Source: the human T2T-CHM13v2.0 reference genome, Homo sapiens. From it: a DNA stretch of 64,000 nt. The stretch is taken from assembly GCF_009914755.1 (NCBI RefSeq), contig NC_060927.1. One strand, given 5' to 3'. Numbering within the stretch: position 1 is the first letter of the stretch; each line of letters begins with the position of its first letter. Below the pieces are notes generated by a model that made no database searches, was not told where the DNA came from, and worked only from the letters and a program-made list of their open reading frames with translations. Positions 30,464 to 45,162 of this stretch are shown in pieces. A program made the translations under genes and the position numbers.

Positions 30464-33400
30464 TGATACATATTTCTGCTTGGCTTGGAAGTGACTTTCT
30501 TATTTATAGACAATAACCAAAGTTTGTGTAGTTGTAATTGGAAGTTAGAAAAATCACTCTACATTTTACTGTTAATAATATTGGGAACATGATTTTATCT
30601 TAGACAATTGCCAATAGTGGTGGAAAGACTAACCTAGACAACTTCTTTCTTTTGGAATTGTTACATTTTTAGTTTTATGAGGCTCATGTAGAAATTTTTC
30701 ACTTGTGATGTTTGTTTACCTTTGAGCAAGTGGAGTAGCTATTCATATTAACTCACAGATATTTTTATGATGCCTAAAATTCAATTTTGTGAAGTATAGT
30801 TGTAGTGTAGTGTCAGTTATAGAGGACTGAGAGTAATATCTGGTTCAGACCTATGTGTTCTTATGTAAGTAACATACCTTTTCTGAATAATTGTACCTAA
30901 GCTACAGGACTACTGGAAGAATTACATGAGCCTGTGTATTGATGGTAATTTTAATGATGCTTTCCTCATAGGCAATAATTGACTTGATTTAGTAAATAAC
31001 TTATGATTGGGCCAGGCCATGGGTGCAAACACAGATGGCCACAGGGACTCTTTAAGAAATACAAATGAACAAGTGGGACTGGGTGGAGAAGGCAGCTAGC
31101 TGGATATTCATGACTCTTCTCTAAAGAGCTACTTGCTATTCACATAGCATATTGTTGCCATTTGGGAACATGACCCAGCTCTCACATTTTAAAAAAATGA
31201 AAATACAGATATTGGTGTTCTCTCCTGGGGTTTTCCACACTGGCAACTAATGCAATACGCATACACCCATGCATACATGTACAGTGGGTGAAACAAAAGT
31301 TCAGATGGGTGGCCGTGTTCAGCATGGTGGCCACCAGCATGTAATCTCTCTGCTGTTTGCCATTTCTGCCGGCCATTAAAGATATAAAGAGATGCCACAA
31401 TTGTAAAATGGAAAGTACAGGTCTGTGGCCTTTGATATTACACCAACACTGTCTGTCACTGATCTTCATTTTCCTGGTAATATTATAGAATCAGGAGATT
31501 TGTTTCCTTGAGAATCAAACAGTAGTAAAATGGCCTGAAAGAGTAGTCATTTTATTTCTGTCTGATATTTGATGCCGTGAGCCCAAATTTTTTTAGGAAG
31601 GTGCCTGTGAGAAAGAGGGAACCATGGTATTTTTCAGATTTTCATCACAAATGTATAATGAGCTCCATTATAAATCAGTTTTATAAGTGTATCTTTTCTG
31701 AGATCTGTTGGAAAGTGTGTATTTTTTAATTTCTGAAGTTTTAAAACTGACAGAGTTAATGGCAGAGGAATGACTCCAATGTTTTGTCCCTTTTAGTCCT
31801 TATTTATTTTTTTTTAATAGATTCTGCCCTTTGTAACTGACACTATTTAAGAGTAAAATAATAGAGGACTTCAGTATTTTGTTCTCTGCCTGGCTTATAG
31901 CTCATTTTTACAATGCTTTTTTTTCTGTTTGTTTTTCCCTCTAGGATACGACATTGCTGTGTGATTCCTCTTTCCCTTGAATTGCCTCTGAGTTTTAGTA
32001 CTTTATTTTACTTAAAAAACATCATGGCTCTATATTAGGTCTCTTTATTCATGTAAGGTGATGAAAAAAACTTTTTATAGTTGAAACAGTAAGTATATTT
32101 GAATATGATAAAATAGGGAATCTAGTGTAATATAATCTATTGTATTTGAGGTTAGCTCAGTATTACAAACAACTAGAAGGACCATTTATAATGCAGTGCT
32201 TACAAAGGAACACACTTTTTCATTTTACTTTTTGGGACACTCACCGAGCACATTTTACTACAATTGATTGAAATACAGGCACAAAGGAAATGAGAGGTTG
32301 ATCAGAATATTTAATTACTTTTAACTTAATTTGATACTTTTGCCCATTGTAGGCATAAAAAAAGATTTTCATTTTAGACTATTGTGTGGGATTTAATGTT
32401 CTTAAATGCTCTTTAAAATTTAGAGAAAATTGTGCTCAATGGAGATTTCACCATCCTTGAGGGATCTTTAATTTGTTTGTTGATGTGCCATTAAAATAGA
32501 TATAAACAACCTACTTAACTGCTTGTCTGCCATTCTGGATATCTTCGTTCTAGATTTGACAATGTGAGTGCCTGTTGCTTGTTTTTAGTTGGCTTATGTT
32601 TTGGCAGTATATCTGGGAGAAGAACTAGGACTCTGTATATGAGAACCACCCACCCATCACCCTAAGTAGTTTTCATTTTGGCACTGGAGAACCAGAATTT
32701 CTTTGTTCTGATGTTTTCAATTTTATATGGAAGCTGACCTATTCTCCCAGGCTTCTAAGTCCTTTGGAATGACCTAGAATTGGACATACAGTTAATGAGA
32801 AATACCCTTATGTGTTACTACGCTGTTTTGCTTTGATCATAGGATGTGCAGCCATATTGTAGATGGAACTTTGGGATGTTCTCATCACAGACTTACTCTG
32901 CTTTCACCTTTGCATAACCTTTGTCATATAATCACTTTTCCCTGTAGGAGATAATGACATAGCAGAGGTCAAGTCGACATGGCTGGTTCAATACAGTCAG
33001 ATGAACCAGTGTTGTGGATGAATGCCGGGGTTATTTTGGAATCCTTTGTGGCCATGTATCTTCTTTTCTTGGTGGACACCTCAGACTTCCATTCACATTC
33101 ATATACACAAATCTATATGTAAATGGACCACCTTTGTCAAAAACAGTAAGACATTCATTGTACTCTAATTTCAATCATGCATTTGCAATCTTGTAGGAAA
33201 AATATTCCCTATGGATATATTATGTAACAACATTTATTCATATTCAATATAGACTCAGTGACCCTTTCATCTCTCTGAGAGTAAAACTTAAGAAAAAACA
33301 TCTATGTCAAGAATGCTGTTTCATGTGGTATTCAGAGGAGCCGGGCTCTTTGTATGAAAAATGTTTAGACTGCAAATTAACACAGAAGAGTTAACACAGC

Positions 33401-33669
33401 TTGCAAGTCTTTTTTTCCCCGGAAGTCAATATTTCTGTGAAACACTGAGAGTAAGGATTACACAGAATCCTCCCGAAGACACAGTTAAGGCAGATGGGAT
33501 ACACATCTGCTTTTTTATTCTGGAATAAAAACATTTATTCTTATAAACTATGTCCGGTGGCTCTGGGAAATTAAATGAGGCACGTAGGAAACAGTTGCGT
33601 TGATATCTTCAGTAGTAGGTGACTCTTAGGACATTTTTATAGGAAGAAATTGGGCCTTTGGGTCTGGAA

Positions 33670-34406
<737 letters not shown>

Positions 34407-35604
34407 GGGTCTGGTAATATTTTTGTCTTTTTTTGCTTCGGGCTGGAAATGAGGTAGGCTCAGTAGAAGTTCTGAGAAGAGACAGAGTTTATGGAAACTC
34501 CCTGATGAAAATACCTGTCACTCATTCAGCTCTCTGCCTAGCAACCAACTTGACTTAAGATTCCTCCTGCTGAGTGAGACGTAAGCATCATTGGCTAGTT
34601 AATACTATTGGTTTTGAAATCTCCACTCTTACCTTGTCAAAATCGAGAGACTCAAATTTTCCTGTATGATGGGAGTCACTGTATTCTTCCTTTCTAAACC
34701 CATTTCATTATTACACTATTCAGACTACTTAAATGTGATATTCCTGATGCTCAGGTTTGTCAGGCCATGGGTGTCTGTGTGTGTGTGTGTGTTGGTTAAA
34801 ATGTCATTAGAGATGACCTCTTTGAGGAGGAGAATGCAGCAATGTACAGCATATACTGCTGGGCTTCTCTGTGTCTTACATAACTGATATTCCAATTTCT
34901 CGCTGTGCTATAACATGACTAAAAGTCCTCCTAAGCTTTTCACTGAAAAACGACTTCCCCTCCATAAACCATAGTGGGCTTGGTGCTGTAACACTTGGTA
35001 GAATATATGTGTGCATAACACCATGTCCTCCCTCTTGTTATTCACATGATAACCATAGGCAGATTTACACTTATTGTCTATTCTGAAGAGTGAAACTACA
35101 TATTTTCATAAGCATGCTCCATTTTTAATTGTGTAATTAAGTTGCTGACATAAGCAAGTATGCAATTTCACATTAAGGTGAGGATCCGTAAAGGCATTCA
35201 TTTGCATAATTTAATTTTCTGCACAGAAGATATTGAAAATCAATAGCATGATTCATAGCCATACCATATCATTGCCACACCACCTTTGGTTGTCTGTCTG
35301 AGCTTAGAAGAGTACAAAGAGTATTAAAATTGATTGAATTTTGGTGTGCTGACTCTGTATCTTTACTTGGGAACCACAGACTGTTTCTATTTGCAAATCA
35401 CTGCTCCTTGCCAATAAAATATTAAGTTGCTTAATATACTCTATATATACTTTTTGACTGCTGTTCAAATAATAGTTTTAAAAGTTGGTTTTTAAAAAAA
35501 ATCACAGCATCGTCGATTAAAATGCATTTGAGGAGAGGACTTAAAGTGTTGTCTTATTTTAAATTATGTGAGTGCCAGTAATAATGATAATTAGTCCTCA
35601 GACG

Positions 35605-35897
35605 CTTTTGTTGTGCGAACATCATAGAGTGTACTTAACAAACTTAGATGGAATAGCCAGCCCACTGCACACCTAGACCATATGGTGTAGCCTAATGCTG
35701 CTAGGCTACAAACCTGTACAATGTGTTACCGTCCTGGATACTGTAGGTAATTGTAGCACAGTGGTAAGTATCTGTGTATCTAAACATATCCGAACACATA
35801 AAAGGTACAGTAAAAAATACTTTATTATAATCTCATGGGACCAGCATCATATATGCAGTTTTTCATTGACTGAAATTTTATCATGTGGCACATTACT
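35605..35897. mobile_element. Tigger3/MER7-type TcMar element fragment
   Basis: TTGTGCGAACATCATAGAGTGTACTTA...CTAGGCTACAAACCTGTACA...CTGTAGGTAATTGTAGCACA...AAAAGGTACAGTAAAAA...TATAATCTCATGGGACCA. Confidence 0.8.
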
Positions 35898-36125
35898 TGA
35901 TTATGCTCTTACAGATAGGGGAGGGGGAGAGGTCACACATTACTGACAGAGATGGAACAAAAGGGAAAACTAAATATAGTCACCTTTAATGAGTAGTTTA
36001 TCTAGTTAAAAAATAAAATGTGGTGCTGAGGTTAAAAGTCCTGCCCTGTTCATTTCTGAACAATTGCCTTCCTAAAGAATTGCTTATTGGTTACTCGGCC
36101 ATTTTCTTTTTGCTTCATGTATTAA

Positions 36126-36614
<489 letters not shown>

Positions 36615-37272
36615 GCCATTCCCTCACTGTTGATGAACACACACCATGCGCTGATTTCCATTGTGAGTGGTAGGTTGACAGTAGTAGTTCAGGAATATGC
36701 CTGTGCCCTATTTCCAGGGAGCTTAGAGCCCTTCATACGCCATGCAGCATGTACTTTAGAAGCCAGTTTTCCTGCCCATGCTGACCTTGCTGTGGAAAAC
36801 CCACTTTGTACCTCAATACTTTGCGTAGTGTGAGGAAGATAAGATTAACCTACCTTCTTGGGATGGCCCTGTCCCTTCTGTTACCTCTTGTCGTATGTAG
36901 CAGAACCGTACCTTTTACTTCTGTCTTAAGTGAATTACCTTTAGACAGGCAGTCCTGTTGCTCAAGTCCAATTCCTTATACCACATTGTGATGTATATGT
37001 GTGTCTGGGGTGAAGTCCAAGGCATAGGGTTGGTTGGTTGGTTTTAAAGTAGCCCAGGGTTAAGAGAGCTCTAGTACAACAATGGCCTTTTATGGATGGA
37101 GAAATTTATGACCAGGATTTCAAGTGATGGTTTAAAGCATACGATGGGTGTCATTTGAGGATCTTCTTTGGTACAAAAGACAGAAAAATGTGCTTTAGCA
37201 GGTAAAACTGATCCCAGTAAAAATAGACCCTCAGAGAGGGCTAGCTTCAAATCAGCTTTGTCGAAGGTTTAA

Positions 37273-37746
<474 letters not shown>

Positions 37747-38128
37747 CAGAGTTTAAATTTTGTCAACAGAATTGATTTTTTGGTCCCCCTGGCTTTGGTT
37801 CTAATTTTAAGGTCCTCTGTTAATCCCTTACTTGGTCCTCAACCACCCCCCGAGGCTTCCACTTTGTCTAATACCTTCAGGAAGGAAGAAGAATCTCTCT
37901 GACTGGCCAGTGTGCCCATACCTGAATGCATCACTGGGGCCACGAGAATGGTTAAAAGTGATTGACTGGCTTGAACCAAACAAGGCTCACTCCTAGAGCT
38001 AACATTGGTGGTGGCGGGTTAGCTGTCCAATGCGTGATACACAGCTAGCTGGAGTGGGGATATGGTTATTACAAAACAGATCCTCTACAGCAAATTTCCA
38101 CTATGTTGTCGGACACTAAAAAGCACTA

Positions 38129-38400
38129 GGGCTGGGTGCAGTGGCTCACACCTGCCATCCCAACACTTTGGGAGGACCAGGTGAGAAGATTGCATGAGCC
38201 CAGGAGTTTAAGATCAGCTACAAAAATAAAAAATCAGCTGAGCATAGTGGCATGCGCTGATGGTCCCAGCTACTCAAGAGGCTAAGTTGGGAGGACTGCT
38301 TGAACCCAGGGGTTAAGGTTGCAGTGAACCATGATCTTGCTACTGCACTCCAGCCTGTTCGACAGAGCAAGACCCTGTTTCAAAAAAAAACAAAACCAAA
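38129..38400 (+). mobile_element. Alu (J-type) with left-arm deletion
   Basis: Sense dimer in which AAGATCAGC joins TACAAAAA directly. Confidence 0.87.
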
Positions 38401-39569
38401 AGCAGTGTATGCCCAGTGCTGAGTTAGGTGCTCTGCTCACCATAACTTGCGTTATCTTTGTAACAGTCTTAGAAGGCTGGCATTTTTAGGTCCATTTTAC
38501 AGTCAAGGAAATTGAGGCTCAACCACATACCCTAATGGAAGCCACATTTATTACTAACATAGCCAAGACAGTGTTTTACTCACTGTTTTGATGGAAAGAG
38601 GAAGGATTAATGGGGAATAATTATTTGTAGAATGGTTTGGATGGAAGGCACCTAAACCTACCTTGTACTTGAAAAATGAGTGGAAGCTTAAATTTTGACA
38701 TGAATTTTCTTTGAGGACCAATGAGCAGACATAAATGACATCAGGTTTACTTTTTAGGCTTGTGTTGAGAATTTATAGGATTCTTGTTTCCCTCTAAAGG
38801 GCTCATCTCTGTGGAATACTATTGTTCAAGCATTACATCTTTTAATGCTAGTCTTTTTAATTGAAGTGTAAGCATAAAGTACTCTACAGGTTTCTTAATT
38901 TTTTTAATGACTGTCACATTGTCTAAAAGGCTAATAATATCTTGGCGATATTATTCCATTGACTAATTTGGAATACAGAATGCGTTGTGTTTTCCTGGTC
39001 CCATCTTTGTCTTCAATTGAATATACAGCTTCCCAAAACTTTCTTAAATTTTTTTTTTTCTCTTTGAAAGCAGGCTTGCTTTTGTTTAGGTGCATTTAAA
39101 TGTTATCATAGTCAGCTGGGGTATATTGTTTGCGTGTAATTCCGTTTCATTTTGGATTTTGAGGCACCTGTGACATTTGTCTTCTTATACATCAGTGTTT
39201 TCAGGTGTGGGCTCACAACAAAAGAAATCCGCATCCATGAGGTAGCTGGGAAGAGAGGGCTTTGAACGCTATAGCAGGCAGATGGAAGCTCTCCATAATG
39301 GGTGAGAGTAGTATTTTTGCTGTTGCTTGGTGGATTGAAATGATTTTGAGATTTCAAATATACATCACTAATCAGTGTTTCTTTTCTGGGCATTGTGGGC
39401 CTTGGAGGCTTTCTTGTTTCATATCTTCTGGCACCACAGGTGACTGTTAGTGGCCCAAAGGATGTGGAAGACTGGTACTAATCACAAGGAGTCTCCTAGG
39501 TTTCAGATTGTCCTGTGTTTGGGTGGCTGGCTTTGATGCAGGGATGCTTAAGTCTGGTTTTCTCATCTA

Positions 39570-39960
39570 CTGCATACCTACTGGGTGACCTGGGGCCAGT
39601 TACTTTGTGTCTCTGCTCCTTAGTTCCTCCATCTGTAAAAGAGATAGAATGACCCTGGCTCTGTAAAGATCAAATGGAGCCCGAGGGTCTTTACACACAG
39701 GTTGTAAACTTATACATGCAGTTGGAACCGAAGTCTACCAGTTAGTTGTATGTATGACCTTGGTCAAGTTAAAGTTCTTTCTGTTGTTGAAGCTTCAGTT
39801 TGCTTATCCATAAAAGGGCCCCATTATTGGGATCACTGTTTGTACTGCTTGGTGGTGTTTTGCAAATCAACTAAGATAATGTATATGAAGTGCTTAGTGT
39901 ACTGCACTTCTTGGCACAAAGTAAAGGTTCCTTGTCAACGATTCCTAATATTAATAATAA
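39570..39960. mobile_element. Two adjacent MIR fragments
   Basis: GGGTGACCTGGGGCCAGTTACTT..CCTTAGTTCCTCCATCTGTAAAA and TATGACCTTGGTCAAGTTA..GCTTCAGTTTGCTTATCCATAAAA. Confidence 0.65.
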
Positions 39961-40104
39961 TAATTTGTCTGGACTTTCCTATAGTTTTTTTTTTTTTGTA
40001 AAATAAGTTGGTTCTAGTCAGTCATCCTCAAGGACTATGATTCTACGAAGTCACCCAATGGTGTTCATTTGACACCCTTCCTGTATCCAGTGGGGTGCTG
40101 CCTT

Positions 40105-40134
40105 TGTCTCATTGTGGGTTTCCCTCTCTTCCAG
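40105..40134 (+). promoter_or_regulatory. Branch point, polypyrimidine tract and 3' splice site of PTPRG intron 1
   Basis: A yUnAy match CTCAT has its A at 40111, about 24 nt upstream of the exon. It is followed by the pyrimidine tract TTTCCCTCTCTTCC and CAG. Confidence 0.7.
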
Positions 40135-40239
40135 CGTTGACAGAAGGCTACGTTGGGGCCCTGCACGAGAATAGACACGGCAGCGCAGTGCAGATCCGCA
40201 GGCGCAAGGCTTCAGGCGACCCGTACTGGGCCTACTCTG
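40135..40239 (+). CDS. PTPRG: PTPRG coding exon 2 (105 nt, phase 1-1): N-terminal ectodomain leading into the carbonic anhydrase-like domain
   Basis: The acceptor TTTCCCTCTCTTCCAG ends at 40134 and the donor is CTG|GTAAGT at 40240. The translation (A)[34 protein letters not shown](G) matches my recollection of PTPRG residues ~29-64. The exon is locally CpG-rich relative to its flanks and lies inside track ORF 40095..40358. Confidence 0.96.
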
Positions 40240-41843
40240 GTAAGTCCAGTTGTTCTAATGGAGATCACACAGGCCAGTTAACATCCCATTCAACTCACTT
40301 GAAAGCACACTTTGAATCACTTTTATGCCTGAGTTCTGTTTGCTCAAATCTTTCGTAGTTCACTAAAAGTTGAAATATTCGAGCCTGTTTTTCCTCAAGG
40401 TTATAAGCACCTTAATTTATCTCTACCACCTGTTTCCTCAACCTGTTTTCCCCTCAATTTGCGTTTATTTCTGAACTTTACTGTTAATGAGTTATTGTAC
40501 CAAACTTGTAATTTTCTGAAAGACGTAGTCTTGTCTTTTCTGTTTTTTCAGGGGCTGTGATTTCAGAGAGCAGAAAATATATGGCTAGTCTTGAGCTGCT
40601 AAATGTCTGCTAAACATTACAAACATCACATATCAGAATGCTCTATTAGGCTCTAAGCCAAGAAATGCAACTTTATTTTTAAATCACATCTTGTTCTTTG
40701 AATATATTTTAGCTGTCTACTCGATGGTAATCTGCAGTCCTTTTCATTTTTATTTTTACTTTTACCCTTTTGAGCTAATGAAGGGAGAGAGCATTGTTCT
40801 AACTATGTTGAATGTTACATTGCAAATAATTTTCTTACATTTTAAGGGGACAAAAATGAAGACCGAAAACTAGGGATAGACTTTTCTGGATTAGGCTTCC
40901 CAAAACTCCCAAAATATGAGAGGTGGATTGTTATTTCTAGAAGAGATTTTTGATGCTCAAAAATATATGGAAAATGTATTAAAGCTAATTAAGGAATGCT
41001 TGAGTAAGATAGACCACTTTGGAAATTACTTTGGCACTGAATAATTCAAACTCCTTCTATGAAAGAGCTTGGAGGCATGGAGTATTAGTCTTAATAATAA
41101 ATCTATGTATTATGCAATGTTGTTGCATATAGAACTGAAAGTATTCTTTTCATAATGATGCTCGGGTTTAAATCCTGAATTTCTCCCAGCAAATCCTGTT
41201 AAATTTATGCCAGTGTAAAATTTATAGGTCTGATCTTTAATTATACCTTATCTATTGGCTTTTTGCATCCTTTTGTCTATTGATAAATCTGCTGCCCCTG
41301 CAGGGAGAATATCCTATCTGTTTTGTTTTGCAGTGAACAGATAGTGATTCTGAAGTTTTCCATCACACCCAGTACCTTGTGATTAGAATTACCTAATTAG
41401 AGGCTTTTTGTCACCATTTCTGATAAATGAAGGAAATTGGCAGATGAAAGCCAAAATTACATATATATAGCATCTTGCCAAGAAACCCAAAGAAAATTTA
41501 TCATTTTGTACTCTGTGGCTCTGACATCAGTCAGGAGGAGGCACAAAGTGGCTTGCTATTTACAGTTCATCAGTTTAGAATAATAATGCTGTTAGTCAGG
41601 AAATTGGAAGTTATATCCCATTAGCATGTCCAATTGCAAATGGCAGTGAAGAGATGAAAGCCCTTAAACTTTTCCCATTATGTAGTTAAGAATGACCATA
41701 AGTGGTGCCATCTTTGTGATGGAGTGATTGTTGATGTCTTTAACTTTGGTAGAGTTCAGAAGTCTCCATTTTGTATTTCTGGAATGCATTGTGTCTGAAT
41801 TTGGGTATTGCCTCCAGTAGTAGAAGGACTAATGGTTCAAATT

Positions 41844-42166
41844 CAAGAGTTGGCACACTTTTTCTGAAAAGATCCAGGTAACAAACATCAAAAGCCATGT
41901 CGTCTTTGTTGCAACTGCCCAACTCTGCCATTGTAGCTTAAAAGTACCCACTGACAATTCTGGACAGACTGGCTGTGCTCTGATAAAAATTTACTTATGA
42001 ATACTGGAATTTGAATTTTATAATTTTCATGTGTCAGGAAATATTCTTCTTTTGATTTTTTTCTCATTCATTAAAAAATATACAAACCATTCTTGCTTTG
42101 CAGGCTGTGCAAAAACAGGTGGCTGGTTGGATAGGGTCCACAGGTTATATAGTTTGTGAACCCTTG
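41844..42166. mobile_element. MER58B-like hAT-Charlie MITE, full length
   Basis: Termini CAAGAGTTGGCACACT and AGTTTGTGAACCCTTG. Imperfect 8-bp TSD TTCAAATT/TTCCAGTT. Confidence 0.8.
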
Positions 42167-42965
42167 TTCCAGTTGATTTTTTTCCTAGAAATCAGATAGG
42201 AGAGTCATTTGAGGAATTGCTTGGAAGGATGTGGACTGGTTTGGAAGACTGAATGAAGTCATTTGTTAGGCATAATGGAAAAAATAAGAGTAAAAGAAGA
42301 ATAGAATGGGACAGATATCAACTGATGGTATAAAGTTCTTATGCTTGCAACAGTTCTTCCTGACAATTCGACAGTATCTATGGTTGGCTCATGCTGACGT
42401 GGTGCAGTATTGGTTCTCATGTCAAGAAGGCTTGGAGTTCATCACAGACATTCCTTAGCATTTGGCCAATGTGTAAACAAGGCCAGGAAGAAGTAAGAGT
42501 TGGGGCCTGTTACTTTGGGTACATCAGACCAGCACCTTAAAACCACAGCAAATGAGATGTGGGACTATTAGCTGCAGGCATAGTCCTCTGGATATAAATG
42601 CTTGAAAAGTGGGACTGACAAAAAAAGGCTCATTTTTTATGAGGGAAGTGTTTCTAAATTTAGCAAAATGAAGCAGGCAGTTCCTCAAAGATTGCTTTAA
42701 TAGTCTAGATTTTAATCTGAGGCCTCAAATTCTCTGATTTGTCTTATTTCCTCCTAAGATAATGCCATGGGTGCTTTAGGGGTGCAGTGTGTGAGAGTAT
42801 GAATTTTGAAGTCATATAGACAAACCATAGTTCAAAGCGAAGTTTTGTTAATATCTTGATGATGTTGGAAAAGTGTGACATGGGAATGATTAATATTAAT
42901 AGCACTTCCCACATAGGATTGTTACAGGGATTCAGTGAGATGATATTTGTGAAAACATTAACATA

Positions 42966-43268
42966 GGCCGGGCGCAGTGGCTCACGCCTGTAATCCCAGC
43001 ACTTTGGGAGGCCGAGGTGGGCGGATCGCGAGGTCAGGAGATCGAGACCATCCTGGCTAACACGGTGAAATCCCGTCTCTACTAAAAATACAAAAAAAAA
43101 TTAGCCAGGCGTAGCGGTGGGCGCCTGTAGTCCCAGCTGCTGGGGAGGCTAAGGCAGCAGAATGGCATGAACCCGGGAGGCGGAGCTTGCAGTGAGCCGA
43201 GATTGCGCCCACTGCACTCCAGCCTGGGTGACATAGCATGCCTCTGTCTCAGAAAAAAAAAAAGAAAA
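42966..43268 (+). mobile_element. AluY inserted in a MIR
   Basis: TSD GAAAAC(A/G)TTAACATA at 42951-42965 and 43264-43278. Confidence 0.95.
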
Positions 43269-43510
43269 CGTTAACATAGTCTCTGGCGTAAAGTAAGTAG
43301 TTAATATTACTTCTTGCTTATTTTTGAGACTGTTATTATTACTTTTGCTGCAATTAATGTTGGTTTTGGAATGCACAAGTGTCGCGATTGACAGTGGGTG
43401 ATGACTGGATAGTTCTGAGAGCTGAACAAGTTAGATTCTCTCAGCCATAATTCTCAAGGGGTGCTTAGTTGGGATTTGGGCATGAGGGTTAAGCAGACTA
43501 TCCTCAAGTT

Positions 43511-44102
<592 letters not shown>

Positions 44103-44852
44103 TTATAGTAATATAGCCTGGGTTTTTAGCAGATGTTAGTCTGGTATAACTTTTCACTTCTCATTTTAAGACTAGCCTACTTTATTTCCACTTCACTGCA
44201 TCACCTTGGAAAATGCAGACACCTTATTTATTTTTGAAATGTTAAACTTTACCTTTATAGGCCTATCAAACAATGCCTTTGTGAATACCTGTAATTTTAG
44301 CATAGAGAACTATTTATTGAGGAACCTGGAGATATGTATTAGAGTTCTCTTGTGGTCACTGGAAGATTTGTTGTTTCTCTGGATCTTAAATTTCATCTGC
44401 TAGTAAAAAAGGGGGACATAATATCTGATTTTGACATGAAAACATCATAGAAGGTATGAAATGGAACATAAATATAAGTTATTGTTGACATAATAATAGC
44501 AATGTAATTTGATGATTGATTTATATCTTTGGATTTCTTTTTCCTTGTACCAACATAGTAGGCAAAAATGGGAATGAGTTAAGTTTCATATAGAATTGTA
44601 CTGAAAAAATGCAGTAGTTTAATAGTATCTCATTGGAAATAATAAAACAATTTCTTTTCTATTAATTTTACTCAGTTAAAGTATATTTCTGTCTTTCTTG
44701 AGGTGATGGTAGCTCATGAATTTTGGAGTTTGCCCAGAACTTCTATAATTATTGCACAAAGAGTAACACATGCTAGGCAGGTCATCAATGCAGGAAAGAG
44801 AAATGAAAAATAAATCATAAATCTAGAGTAACTTCAAGTAGAAATTTGAGGG

Positions 44853-45162
44853 TTTTTTTTTTTTTTTTGGAGATTGGATCTTGCTCTTTCACCCAGGCTG
44901 GAGTGCAGTGCCTCGATCTCAGCTCACTGCAACCCCCCAACCCCCTGCTTCCTGAGTTCAAGCAATTCTCACGCTTCAGCCTCTCAAGTAGCTGGGATTA
45001 TAGGTGTGCACAATCACACTCCCAGTTAATTTGTGTATTTTTAGTAGAGATGGGGTTTCACCATGTTGGCCAGGCTGGTCTTGAACTCCTGACCTCAGGT
45101 GATCGGCCTGTCTCGGCCTCCCAAAGTGCTGGGATTACAAGTGTGAGCCACCACACCCGGCC
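44853..45162 (-). mobile_element. Alu (S-type)
   Basis: Antisense dimer ending ACCCGGCC. Confidence 0.92.

Noticed and set aside
40077-40090. Upstream alternative acceptor TTCCCTGTATCCAG
   Set aside because: It would add 44 nt and shift the frame. The tract is weaker than the main site and there is no evidence of use.
40095-40358. 87-aa ORF as a standalone gene
   Set aside because: It is PTPRG exon 2 read through into both flanking introns. Only 40135-40239 is supported.
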